64,000 nucleotides of DNA from the human T2T-CHM13v2.0 reference genome, Homo sapiens. The translations under genes and the position numbers were made by a program. Below, piece by piece: positions 14,941 to 28,100 of this stretch; within the stretch, counting starts at the first letter, position 1; every line of letters begins with the position of its first letter. The notes under the pieces are model-generated. The model saw nothing but the letters and a program-made list of their open reading frames with translations, searched no databases and was not told the DNA's origin. The DNA lies in NCBI RefSeq assembly GCF_009914755.1, contig NC_060929.1; one strand, given 5' to 3'.

Positions 14941-15494
14941 TGGTAGGATTATTTTATTCCCAGATATTTGCTACCCTTCTGTGAGGAATTCCGTATCTCT
15001 CCTTTTTACTCTGGGCTTGGCTGCCTGATGTGCAACTGGATACGACAAAAGCTTTAGACTTCCCCGGTCCCCATTGTTTTCACTCCTTCCTCTAGCCTGT
15101 TCCAAACAGGAGCTGCTCCTGCAGGAGTGTGAACAGTAACAGGGCTGCTGAACAGCCACAGCCAGTGCACGACACAAGTGAGAATGAACCTGTGTCTTGG
15201 AGGTGCTGCAGTCCTGGTGCCATTTTGTCCCGCAGCAAAAGCAGCTCCACATACCTTTGATTGTTCCCTTGGCCTCTCCTCTTTTCACTTGTGCATGATT
15301 CTCTATGGGGTTTCTGTTTCCTTTCTTTGCCAGGTACTTTTACATGTGCTGTTTCCTTTTTCTAGAATTAGCTGTCCTCCAAAACCTGTGACTGATTATT
15401 AGGGGGAAGCATACAAAACTGTCATTGTTGCAGATAGAAAGTCATCAAAGTCTAGCAGTTTCCTAAGGTTAACATAACTAAAAACAACAATGGC

Positions 15495-15880
15495 AGCAGC
15501 CAGGCATTGTGCTGGGAACTGGGTTCCACTAACCCCTCAGCTCCTCTCATTAAGCTTGGAATGATTCCTAACCCCATTACGAAGATGAGGAAATGCGAGG
15601 CTCAGGCTCATCAAGTCACTTAGCTCATTAGTGGTGGATCTAGACTCCAAATCAGGCTCTTAATTAGGACCCTCTATTGTTCAACGTTTTCCCTCCCATG
15701 CACTCTTCTCTTCTCTGGAGGGGCTGCTGGAGATTCCTCGTGACAGTACTTGTTACAGTTCCCATTACCTGGAGGTTATATTCATTTGTGCTCACAATGG
15801 TGAAGAAGCTTAGCCAAGCATGTGGTATGTATTATTCTTAATCCCATTTTGCAGATGAAGAAATTGAGACTCAGCTCATG
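15495..15880 (-). mobile_element. Two MIR fragments
   Basis: 'ccccattacgaagatgaggaaatgcgaggctcag' and 'cccattttgcagatgaagaaattgagactcag'. Confidence 0.7.
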
Positions 15881-16774
15881 ACAGTGCTAACTGCATTGCA
15901 CAAAAGTTGCCTAAATCACCAAAATAAGCAGGTGCGGTTCTAGGGAGGAGAGCTGAGGAGACTGGGTTGTTGGCTTTGTGAACGCAGTGCTGTGGCTTGC
16001 CTACAGACTAATGACCTGTCTTTTAACAGGACTATACAAATCCAGTCAGCCTCCCAATCTAAAATGTCACACTCAAGGTTCCCTCTCTCATCCCATAGAG
16101 TTGCAACCAATGCTGCTGAAAACATCATACCTCATGATCAAAGGCATAAGTCCTTAGTTCAGGAATTTCAAATATTTTAGCAGATAAGCAGTGGTATTTT
16201 GGAGACTATTAATCATGAAACCAAACTTCCTGACCAAATCTTATATCTGGTCAATGTTTCTAGAAGCCACCAGGCTGGGTTTCAAGTGAAGACTTACTAA
16301 TTTACAATCGCAAATGCAGCATCTGCTGTTCAAATGGGTGGGTTTTTTTTGCCAGAGGACATTCCATGTATTTAGTGATATAAGGTCCTAGTCCACTGTT
16401 AGCCACTTATTTATTTTCTACACTCCTTTTCATCTGTTCAACCTCAGAAGAATCTGAAACGTCCCCAGCAGTTGTGGAATTTGGGTTATTCAAGTGGTGC
16501 CCACCAAGTGCCAAGTCCATTCTAGCTACAGGACTTAATCCCCGCACACTCCCAAATTCAAATTCCACCTGGCACACTTAATGTGTGTGCTTATCTTGTA
16601 GTACTCACACCGATCCATGGGAGGGAGAGAGGTTAAGTCATGGAAGCAAAAGCTCTCTCAGAAGAGCATGCATCCCAACTTCAAAAGTAGAAACAGAGTG
16701 ACGCTGTACCTTTTTTCCTCAGAAATGTTGAAGTTTGAACAAAATGAATCTTTAGTATTTTTAAAATTGACCTG

Positions 16775-17070
16775 GGCCAGGCACGGTGGCTCACGCCTGT
16801 AATCCCAGCACTTTGGGAGGCCGAGGCAGGCAACTCACCTGAGTTTGGGAGTTCAAGACCAGCCTGGCCAACATGGTGAAACCCCGTCTCTACTAAAAAT
16901 ACAAAAAATTAGCTGGGCATGGTGGCACATGCCTGTCATCCTAGCTACTCAGGAGGCTGAGGCAGGGGAATTACTTGAACCCAGGAGGCGGAGGTTGCAG
17001 TGAGCCGAGATCATGCCACTGCACTCCAGCCTGGATGACAGGGCAAGACTCTGTCTCAAAAAAAGAAAAA
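16775..17070 (+). mobile_element. AluSx-like element with 12-bp TSD
   Basis: Full dimer; TSD aaaattgacctg at 16763..16774 and 17071..17082. Confidence 0.96.
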
Positions 17071-18139
17071 AAAATTGACCTGTCGTCAGAATTTTAAGTC
17101 AATTTTTGATTTAATATTATGTTGATGATCTTGTGGAGAAATGTTTAAAATAGAAACAATATAAAACGCCAAAAATAATAAAAGGAAACCCACACTTCAT
17201 TGATATAAATACGTTTTAAATTTTAGGATACAATCGCCAATTCCTGATTCCCAGTCAAAAAGATTAAGTAGATCCAGATGTCACAGATGTGAATCCACAT
17301 GTTTACATCACATCTTGAAAACAATCATTATTTTAATCCTACCAAGGTATAAGTTGCTGTATTAGTGAGAGACTAGTTTTGTGTAGAATGACAGCAGTAA
17401 AGACGGCAGTGAAACAAATGTCCATGAGCTATCTTGAATTTGTATTGACTCTCCCCAAAATCTTAATGATTTCAGCTCATTGAGGAAATTTTCCTAGTAC
17501 ATACCCTTCTCCTGGCATAAAGTTTTCCTAGAGAGTCTGCAATTTTTAGGTAAGAAAGAATATTAATAATAAAAAAGGAACTTTCCACTGATCTCAAGTT
17601 TGTGTTAATATGATGTTCAGTCTAACTCCAAACTCATTCCCCAGCAAGACCCTCTTTAAAACATGTGTGTCTCCCCATCCTCGTCATTTGGATTTTTCTC
17701 CATTATGGGTGCCATCTGTCTGTAACATCTGTCATCCCTTTGATTGCCAATGTGAATTTCGATGGTCTGGCTGGTTTCTTTCTCTCTTGCATATTTCTGA
17801 CTACCTGTTTCTCTTCTCACCCAAAGAGGTATAACTCCACAAGGACAAAAGTTATGGAAACTATATTTTCAAACCTAAAATCACAACATCCATAGCATGA
17901 GAAGTATGCCTGTACTTAAACATACTATGGGGCAAAACATTTGAACTGTCTGAAGCACCTAGGATGCCTGGTCATCAGCCTGAAGAAGACGGATGGTAGA
18001 CATCAGATGTCTTTCTAGCACCTTCTTGTCCGGAGCATTGTATCTTCAAGCAATTGTTACACTTGAATGAGTGACTAAGAATTTAAAAGGCATTTATCAT
18101 TGGTGAGACTTTTGAACTAGTGTTTAACATTCAAATTGT

Positions 18140-18142
<3 letters not shown>

Positions 18143-18187
<45 letters not shown>
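18143..18187. repeat. (TA)n microsatellite
   Basis: Directly visible next to an Alu tail. Confidence 0.97.
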
Positions 18188-18188
<1 letters not shown>

Positions 18189-18189
18189 A

Positions 18190-18484
<295 letters not shown>

Positions 18485-19149
18485 AATATTTATCTTCTTA
18501 AAAGTCTATTTCTATAAGCACACAGATTTAGCCTTCTCTGTTGGTGTCATCATCTTCAGTCAGTGGAGACTGTGCAGAACCCCTGGGATTAGGGACTGAA
18601 AGAGCCAATGTCAGAATAGAGAGTGGGACAGAGTAAGATAGCCCTTCTCTCCTGATTTGGGCCTGCTCATTGAATCCCAATCTAAAGTGGAATGGAATAA
18701 GACTGCTGGGTCCCATTTCAATAAGAGTCTGCCTCCTAGCGCAGAGACTATTTGGAAGCCACAGCCAGAAGCCACTTAACTGAGCAGCAAGCGCTGCCAC
18801 AGTCTGCAATCAGCAGTCAACTGGCCTCACCTATGGGCATGCGATTCCACAGCCAAGACTCCCCAGGGCATAATGTCCAGCCCCATCTCTAAAGCTACAA
18901 CAGTGGGTACAAAAAGATGTTGCACCATGATAGAGGTCAACCCACTGTTCAATGAGGACAAAAGCAATTTGGCAAAGCTGGCAAGTGCAGATAAGCGTGG
19001 CTCCAGAGAGACAAAAGCTCAGTCTGTTTTGCTTCTCAATTTGAGCAATTAGCGTCCTACGCAATACCCATCAATTCAAAAGCTAGGCAACGTTTCTGGA
19101 AGAAATACATTTCTAGGAAAGTAGACTATGAAAATGTTTTTAGAATTGT

Positions 19150-19155
19150 TTTATT
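19150..19155 (-). terminator. Candidate polyadenylation signal AATAAA for TAS2R1
   Basis: First canonical AATAAA I found on the minus strand downstream of the stop codon; T-rich sequence follows on the minus strand. Confidence 0.55.
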
Positions 19156-19914
19156 ATGAATTCTTTTTTTAAACATTTCTTGATAACAGTATAAAAACCT
19201 AGTCATATCTTAATAGTTATCTAATTAGCTAACGTTATTAAAGCAGGAGTTGCATGAAATAGAATCAGAATTTAGTATCAGAAAAAAAAACACATGAGAG
19301 TTGTATCATGACAAATTTCTCCCTGAATGTTTGAAATTGCTCCCACTCTTTCAGGTACACGTATCACAGATTCAAGGAACAGAATATTCTCTGAACTTGA
19401 GAAAAAGAAAAGTGACTTTTCATTGTCCTTTCCCCCATTCAGAAGCAATAATTACACCCAGGATACAACTGATCTTCCCACAGCTGGCTTCCTGAGTGCG
19501 TGATTAGCTACAAACCTTCCTACCTAGTGGGACGTGGGAAAATGAAATAGCAGGAAGATGGAGGCTGTCATTTTGCTCCTTGGGGAATGAAGTGTGAAAC
19601 CTGTGGGAAGTTGAGAGTACACTCAGAGCTTAGTTCCCATGCCCAAGAAGATAAGTACGTCCCTGAATCTCCTGAAGCAAAATCCTTCATTGGTGTATTA
19701 TAACCAGGCCTGCGTGGCTTGGGTTAGAAAAGCTGTATTTGGGTTCCTATTACTGGTGATTGAAAAATCTAAACCTAAACCTGCTTTGCATCATCACGCC
19801 TGAACTACAAGTTACCGCTGAGCTTAAGAACATTTTTTACTTCATTTACTTGTCTGGAAGCAAAATGGTTCTGAAGCTGTTTTGGAAATATACAAGTATA
19901 TCTATCTCCATAAT

Positions 19915-19915
<1 letters not shown>

Positions 19916-19964
<49 letters not shown>
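19916..19964. repeat. (TATC)n tetranucleotide STR, about 12 units
   Basis: Directly visible. Confidence 0.97.
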
Positions 19965-20551
19965 CTTAGTATTCAAAATCTCAACCAAACAGAAAATGCA
20001 TTTGTGACTTGAAGCAGACGGAGACACCCCCAGCCCCACCCACCTACTGATGTTGCTTCATTGGGAAGACAGGCAATGCAGGAGGAGTTCCAAATTACCA
20101 CTCTGGGTTGAAAGGGTCTCAAAGTCAGGCACACAAATACAAAATAAAACATCTTTGCAAGTTATTGTCTGTTCAGAGTGCACAGCTAGGAGAAATGGAA
20201 AACAGGCATTCAGTCCTCTACTCCTCCTCCTCCTCCATCTGTCTTCCCCTTTATCAGTTGATTGGCCATGTCACCATGGCATCTAGGCTCTCTGCAGGAT
20301 GAAGTAGGAGAATATGCTTATAAGGATGGAGAAGGCCTGCTTGTCCTTGCTTCCTTTGTGATCTGAGGAGAAAGAATGGCTCCACTGCCTGCAACTCCAA
20401 CAGACAGAACAGAAATAATATCCAGGTAGACAAGAAATGAACAGTCAGCCCGTTAAGGTCAGGAAAAACCATCAAAGACAAGGCGTCAGATATTCATGGA
20501 CCATACAGCATTCATGTGTCCTTCTGACATCACGAGTTCAAACAAGTGCTT

Positions 20552-20722
20552 TTCTTTTTCATCAAACTTTTAATTTTGAAATAATTGTAGATTTGAATGC
20601 ATTTGTAAGAAGGAATACAGAAAGACCCTGAACCATTTACTCAGTTTTCCCAATGGTAACAACTTGCACGATGATAGTACAATATCACTACCAGGATATT
20701 GAAATTGATGTAATCCATCAAC
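20552..20722 (-). mobile_element. L1MC-like 3' terminal fragment
   Basis: 'ttttgaaataattgtagatt...cccaatggtaacaacttgca...tagtacaatatcactaccaggatattga'. Confidence 0.75.
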
Positions 20723-20919
20723 ATATGTTGTGCTTTCAAAATCAGTTTAACTGCTTGAAAAAGTAGCATATCCACAGAAATACCTCAGGCTGGATAAACA
20801 GGCCTGAAGGGGACATGTTGTATATTTATGAACAGGCTGCTTTGTCTGGCTGAGGGAAGTGTGGCAGGCATGGGTAAATCATTGAATCATGGGTTCTTTG
20901 AACTGATCCAACTTCTCTC

Positions 20920-21819
20920 TCACTGACAGCACTTACTGTGGAGGAGGAACTTTTTTGCATTTTGTTTCAATTTAGGATTTCCTAAAATTAAGATGAGAGA
21001 GTGTCCAGAAGGGTATATACCAATCACAAGGATGAAGAACAGAAAGATGAACCTTCTGATGTGAAACTTTAGAGAAGAGAGAAAAACTTTTATCATGCAG
21101 TGGGAGAAGTAGAGGATCAGGAAGGACAGGATAGACAGCAACGCGCTGATGGGTGCACCCCTGCCAGGAACCCTGCTGCCGGCCACTGTGTTTCTCATTT
21201 GCCGGGTGTGCCTCCCCAGAGAGAAAATCAAGAGCAAAACAGCAAAAAGGAAGATAAGCAATGGCACTGAGAACTCAGCAACAAAAGAGAAAATCTGTAT
21301 AGCCAGTGTATCTTCTTTTTGAATTGTGGCATTTTGGGAGAAAAATTTCCTTAGGAAGTATGGGACCATAAACCCTGCATATTTGCTATGGAAAACACAA
21401 ATCATAGATACATATAGCAGAGACCCCAGGATCATCCATGGGACCAGCTTGGATATCCTCATCTTCAACCAGATGAAGAGTGGGTGACGGACGCTGGCAA
21501 CCTTGGCACAATAGAAAACGCCGAGCCATGTGGCAAGCCAAAGTTCCAATTCATTTATAAATAAGAGAATTGCACAATTCGCAGAACACATGATGAATTC
21601 TATGAAGAAGATAACAATCACATTAACGTAGAAGATGAACAACTGCAGAAAAATTCTAGAAACTGCCAGACAAGAAAGAAGGAGATCCAGCGGAGCCATT
21701 TTTCTGTGCTTGATCAAGTCAATGCCATTCACCACCACAATGATGCCATTTGTGAAAATCCCAAGAAGAAATTGTATCACTGCAAGAAGAAAATAGATAA
21801 TGAGGTGAGACTCTAGCAT
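20920..21819 (-). CDS. TAS2R1: Bitter taste receptor type 2 member 1 (intronless GPCR, 299 aa)
   Basis: Intact seven-TM-like ORF with TAS2R motifs [56 protein letters not shown] and ECL2 sequon N163-A-T; matches human TAS2R1 as recalled (R111, R206 alleles). Confidence 0.99.
21780..21808 (-). promoter_or_regulatory. Strong splice acceptor embedded in the TAS2R1 CDS
   Basis: Minus strand cacctcattatctattttcttcttgcag|TGATAC: branch-like CTCAT, polypyrimidine tract, CAG. Confidence 0.65.
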
Positions 21820-22731
21820 TTTAGGAATAAAAAATTATTTACTTAAAAAATAATGAAGTTATAAAGTTTTGGACAGGTTGGGTTGTTCACGCTCTTCAAT
21901 TAGATCAGGACTCCTCTGGGGAAGAAGACTAACAATAAAGGCATGGGGCAGGAAGGTGGTGTACATTTGTTTATGTCACTGCTTTCTCTATTTAGTTCTG
22001 AGACAGTCAAATAAGGAGGAGATACTCTAGCATCAATTTGCTTCTTATTGATGGCTTTTGCATTTTACAGGTTTACCTAGCTTTCAAAGTCATCACAGGC
22101 AAATAATGGAATCAGACACCTTCAGACAGCTGGGAGAACAGCTCCTCCATAGTAATTAGCCAAAGATACTCAATTCTTCATCTCTACTATGAATAATTGA
22201 TTTTGCCTACAGGTGTGATTCTACTTAATGTTATCGTGTACTCTTTAAAAATATACATTTTTGAAATTTTCACTTATGTTATGATGATATGGTACAACCA
22301 GCAACATAGGACTCCTGAGTAGTTCTCCAATATGCAATGGTTGAGCAATTCAAAACTATCTGTAAAATAGTTATAGAATAAAATATACATAATAAAAGTA
22401 TCTCTAAGTATAAAATCAAAGTAATTAGGCTTGCACATACATGTGTACACCAGGTCAAAGGCCTAAAGAAAAGTAAGGTGTAATGAAATGAAGACAAGCA
22501 CTCAGCACTGTTCACCCTGGTCAGCATCTGCAGAGTAATTCAGGGGTTAAAATCTTTTCTCTCTTATTTTTCCAAAATTATGAGAGTTTTATGACATGAG
22601 CTAGTTGTTCTAGTAGAAAAGTAAAGATAAAATAATACATGATTAAATTTGTTGCTTTCAGTCTGTAATGCACTATGAAAAATTAAGTTGGTATTTCTTA
22701 ATATGTATACCGTGCTGCCTGTAATGCTGAA

Positions 22732-22928
22732 GTGGGTTTTCTCAGTCTTTACATTATTGACATTTTGGGCTACATAACTCTTTGTTAGGCACGGGCTGTC
22801 CTGTGCAATCTAGGAAATGCAGAATGTCTACCACATGCCTGTCCTCTACCCACCAGATACCCTCCCCAGGCTGTAACAGCCAAAATGTTTCGAGACATTG
22901 CCAAATGTTCAAGAGTGGCAGAACCACT
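22732..22928 (-). mobile_element. MER20-like MITE
   Basis: 'attgacattttgggc...ggctgtcctgtgca...cctctacccaccagatacc...agacattgccaaatgt'. Confidence 0.8.
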
Positions 22929-23029
22929 ATGACGGGACAAAGGTAGATAAAGTATAGTTTGTACCTTCCAGTTATCCCAAGACTAAAGGCAGAATGAGCC
23001 ACATATATAATGTGATATAAAACTAAGTC

Positions 23030-23328
23030 CTCTCTCTCTCTTTAGAGACAGAGTCTTGCTTTGTCACCTAAGTTGCAGTGCAGTGGTATAATCACAGCTC
23101 ACTGCAGCTTCAAATTCCTGGACTCAGGTAATCCTCCTGCCTCAGCCTTCTGAGTAGCTAGGACTATAGATATGCACCACCATGCCTGACTGCTTTTTAA
23201 AAATTTTTCATAGATATGGAGTCTTGCTACATAGCCCAGGCTAGCCTTAACCTCCCGACCTCAAGCAATTCTCCTGCCTCAGCCTCTTGAGGTATTAGGA
23301 TTATAGGCATGAGCCACCACTCCCAGCC
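23030..23328 (-). mobile_element. AluJ
   Basis: J diagnostics 'cacagctcactgcagcttcaaattcctggactcagg'. Confidence 0.9.
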
Positions 23329-25019
23329 AAGTTAGTTCTTTAGACAATTCATCACCAGAGCACAAAGTGGGGACCAATTCAATAAACACTGGGGGAATTA
23401 AAGCTTCTCCAACTTAGCACTTAATCAAAAGGTACCTGGCAGACCTGATAATGAAGCATATGTCTTAATGAACGTGTGTTACTTTGTCTAAATGTGTCAT
23501 AAAGAATACTTAAGATTAATCTTATTTTTAGAAAACTGGAAGGGAAGTCATATTTTAAAAAATTAGTCGTGAGAGTAAATCTGTAGGTTCTTTTATGGCT
23601 CTTCTCTGAATAGGACCATCTATGCCATCTTGGACTCACTCTGTTCTTCCTGACACAACTACAGTGAGATGAAGGAAAGAGACAGGATCATCTTCAAGGA
23701 AGCACCAAGGGAGGTGTTCATGAGCAGATGCCATCAGAATGGATCCAAATGCAAGCATGCCAGGAGGATGAGCCTTGTTTTCCCTCCAGTAGAAAGAAGA
23801 AGAAACTTTGCAACTTAGAAGAAACATTCTGCAGCTTAGAAAAACAGAAATGTAAGGGCATGCAGCTATGAAATACAAGCATACTTCCATAATACTGTGC
23901 ATTAAATTCTAGACCACCAAAATACAAGAATATTGCAATAAGGCCAGTCACACTAATTTGTTGGTTTTCCAGTACATATAAAAGTTATGTTGATACTAAA
24001 CTGTGGTCTATTAAGTGTGCAATAGCACTATGTCTTAAAAAAAGATATACATACTTTAATTGAAAATACTTTATTACCAAAAAATGCTAATGATCATCTG
24101 AGCTTTCAATGAGTCATAATCTTTTTGTTGGTGTAGGGTCTTGCTTCAATGTTGATGGCTGCTGACTGATCAGGCTGGTGGTTGATGAAGGTTGGGTGGC
24201 TGTGGCAATTTCTTAAAATAAGACAGCAATCAATTTTGTGCATTGATGAACTCTTCCTTTCACAAAAGACCTCTCTGTAGCATGTGATGCTGTCTGACAG
24301 CATTTTACCCCCAGTAGAACTTTCAAAACTGGAGTCAGTCCTCTCAAACCGTGCCACTACTTTATTAACTAAGTTTATGAAATGTTCTGAATCCTTTGTT
24401 GTCATTTCAACAATGTTCACAACTTCTTTACCAGGAGTAGTTTCCATCTGAAGAAATTATTTGCTCATCTGTAAGAAGCACTTCCTCATTTCTTAAAAAC
24501 ATCATCATAAGATGACAGCAATTCAGTCTCATCTTCAGGCTCTACTTCTAATTATAATTCTCATTCTATTTCCACCACATCTCCGGCTATTTCCTCCACT
24601 GAGGTCTTGAACCCCTCCAAGTCATCAGGAGGTTTGGAGTCAAATTCTTTTACACTCCTGTTATTGTTGGTGTTTTTTTTTTAACCTCCTTCCATGAATC
24701 ACTTCTTAGTGGTATCTAAAATGGTGAATCCTTTCCAGAAAGTTTTCAATTTACTTTGCTCAGGTACATCAGAGAAATCACTGTCTATGGCAGCTGTAGC
24801 CTTATGAAAAGTATTTTATAAATAATGAGACTTGGATGTCAAAATTACTTCTTGATCCATGTGTTGTAAAATGAATGTTGTATTGGCGGGCATGAAAACA
24901 GCATAGATTTCCTTGTACATTTCCATCAAAGCTCTTAGGTAACTACTCTTAGGTAACTAGATGCATTGTCAATGAGCAGTACTATTTTTTAAAAACGATT
25001 TTTTTCTGAGCAATAGGTC

Positions 25020-25076
25020 TCATTCATTTTTTATGGCTGAGTAGTATTCCATAGTGTGTGTGTGTGTGTGTGTGTG

Positions 25077-25107
<31 letters not shown>

Positions 25108-28100
25108 CACAAATGTTCTTTATCCACTCATTCATCGATGGGCATTTAGACTGGTTCCATATTTTTGTAATTGCAAATTGTGCTGCTATAAACATGCATG
25201 TGCAAGTGTCTTTTTCATATAATGACTTCTTTTCCTCTGGGTAGATACCCGGGAGTGGGATTGCTGGATCAAATGGTAGTTCTACTTTTAGTTCTTTAAA
25301 TAAACTCCATATTGTTTTTCACAGTGGTTGTACTAGTTTACATTCCCACCAGCAGTGTAAATGTGTTCCCTTTATACCACATCCACACCAACATCTATTA
25401 TTTTTTGATGTTTTAATTGTGGCCATTCTTGCAGGAGTAAAGTGGTATCTCATAGTGGTTTTAATTTGTGTTTCCCTGATAATTAGTGATGTTGAGCATT
25501 TTTTTCATATGTTGTTGGCTATTTGTATATCTTGAGACTTGTCTATTCATGTCCTTTGCCCATGTTTTGATGGGATTATTGGTTTTTTTTTCTTGCTGAT
25601 TTGTCTGAGTTCCTTGTAGATTCTGGATATTAGTTCTTTGTCAGATGCATAATTTGTGAATATTTTCTCCTATTCTGTGGGTCATCTGTTTACTCTGCTG
25701 ATTTATTTACTGTGCAGAAACTTTTTAGTTTAATTAGGTCCCATCTATTTATTTTTGGTTTTGCTGCATTTGCTTTTGGGTTCTTGGTCATGAACTCTTT
25801 GCCTGAGCCAATGTCAAGAAGAGTTTTTCTGATGTTATCTTCTGGAACTTTTATGGTTTTAGGTGTTATATTTAGGTCTTTAATCCATCTTGAGGTTGTT
25901 TTTATAAGGTGAAAGATGAGGATCCAGTTTCATTCTTCTACATGTGGCTTGCCAATTATCTCAGCAGTATTTGTTGAATATGGTGTCCTTTTCCCACTTT
26001 GTGTTTTTGTTTGCTTTGTCAAAGATCAGTTGGCTATAAGTATTTGGCTTTATTTCTGGGTTTGCTTTTTTGTTCCATTGGTCTATGTGCCTGTTTTTAT
26101 ACCAATACCATGCTGTTTTGGTAACTATAGCTTTTTAGCATAGTTTGAAGTCAGGTTATGTGATGCTTCCAGGTTTTTTATTGTTGTTGTTGTTGCGTAG
26201 TCTTGCTTTGGCTATGTGGTCTCTTTTTTGGTTCCATATGAATTTTAGTTTTTTTCTAGTTCTGTGAAGAATGATGGTGGTATTTTGATGGGAATTGCAT
26301 TGAATTTGTAGATTGCTTTTGGCAGTGTGGTCATTTTCATAATATTGATTCTACCCATCCATGAGCATGGGATGTGTTTCCATTTGTTTGTGTGATAGAT
26401 GATTTCTTTCAGCAGTGTTTTGTGTTTTACCTTGTAGAGATCTTTCACCTCCTTGGTTAGGTATATTCCTAAGTATTTTGGGTTTTTGCAGCTGTTGTAA
26501 AAGGGACTGAGTTCTTGATTTGTTTCTCAGCTTGCCCATTATTGGTGCATAGCAGTCCTACTGATTTGTGTACACTGACTTTGTATCCTGAAACTTTACT
26601 GAATTCATTTATCTGATCTAGGAGCTTTTTTGATATGTCTTTAGGGTTTTCTAGGCATACAATCATATTACTGGTGAACAACAACAGTTTGACTTCCTCT
26701 TTACTGATTTGGATGCCCTTTATTTCTTTCTCTTGTTTGATTGATTTGGCTAGGACTTCCAGTACTATGTTGAATGAAAGTGGTGAAAGTGGACATCCTT
26801 GTCTTGTTCTAGTTCTCAGGGAGAATGCTTTCAACTTTTTCTCATTCAATATAATGTTGGCTGTGGGTTTGTCCTAGATGGCTTTTATTATCTTGAGGTA
26901 TGTCCCTTCTATGCCAGTGTTGCTAAGGGTTTTAATCATAAAGGGATGCTGGATTTTGTCAAATGTTTTTCCTGCATCTATTGAGATGATCATATGATTT
27001 TTGTTTTTAATTCTGTTTACGTCATGTATCACATGTATTGACTTGTATATGTTAAACCATTCATGCATCCCTAGCATAAAACCCACTTGATCATGGTGGA
27101 TTATGTTTTTGATATGCTGTTGAATTTGGTTGGCTAGTATTTTGTTGGGGACTTTTGCATCTACTTTCATCAGGGATATTGGTCTGTAGTTTGCTTTTTT
27201 TGTTATGTCCTTTCCTGGTTTTGACATTAGGGTGATACTGGCTTCACAGAATGACATAAGGAGGATTCCCTCTTTCTCTATCTTTTGGAATAGTTTTAGT
27301 TAAGATTGGTACCAATTCTTCTTTGAATGTCTGATAGAATTCAGCTGTGAACACTTTTGGTTCTGGACATTTTTGTTGTGATTTTTTTTTTTTACTACTG
27401 TTTCAATCTTGCCACTTGTTATTTGTCTGTTCAGTTTCTATTTCTTCCTGACTTAATCTGGAGAATTGTATATTTTATCCATTTCCTCTAGATTGTTTAG
27501 TTTATGTGTGTAAAGGTGTTTATAGTTGCCTTGAATAATTTTTTGTATTTCTATGGTATCGGTTGTAATATTTCCTGTTTCATTTCTAATTGAGACTATT
27601 GGATCTTCTCTCATCTTTTCTTGGTTAATCTCACTAATGGTCTATCAATTTTGTTTATCCTTTCAAAGAACCAGCTTTTTGTTTCATTTATCTTTTTTGT
27701 TGTTTTTGTTTCAATTTCATTTAATTCTGCTCTGATATTTGTTATTTCTTTTTTTTCTGCCAGGTTTGGGGTTTGTTTGTTCTTGTTTCTCTAGTTCCTT
27801 GAGGTATGACCTTAGATTATTTATTTATGCTCTTTCAGACTTTCTGATGTAGGTATTTAATACTAAGAACTTTCTCATAACACTGCTTTTGCTGCATCCC
27901 AGAGGTTTTAATAAGTTGTCTCACTATTACCGTTCAGCTCAAATAATTTTTTTTAATTTGCATCTCGATTTCATTGTTGACCCAAAGATTATTCAAGAGC
28001 AGATTATTTATTTCCATGTATTTGTATAGTTTTGAGAGTTCCTTATGGAGTTAATTTCCAGTTTTATTTCACTGTAGTCCGAGAGTGTACTTGATATAAT

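Noticed and set aside
21820-22300. TAS2R1 core promoter/TATA box
   Set aside because: AT-rich with several weak candidates; no element can be assigned from sequence alone.
24106-24447. TIGD1-like ORF as a domesticated transposase
   Set aside because: Only a C-terminal fragment; the element is split by L1 and frameshifted.
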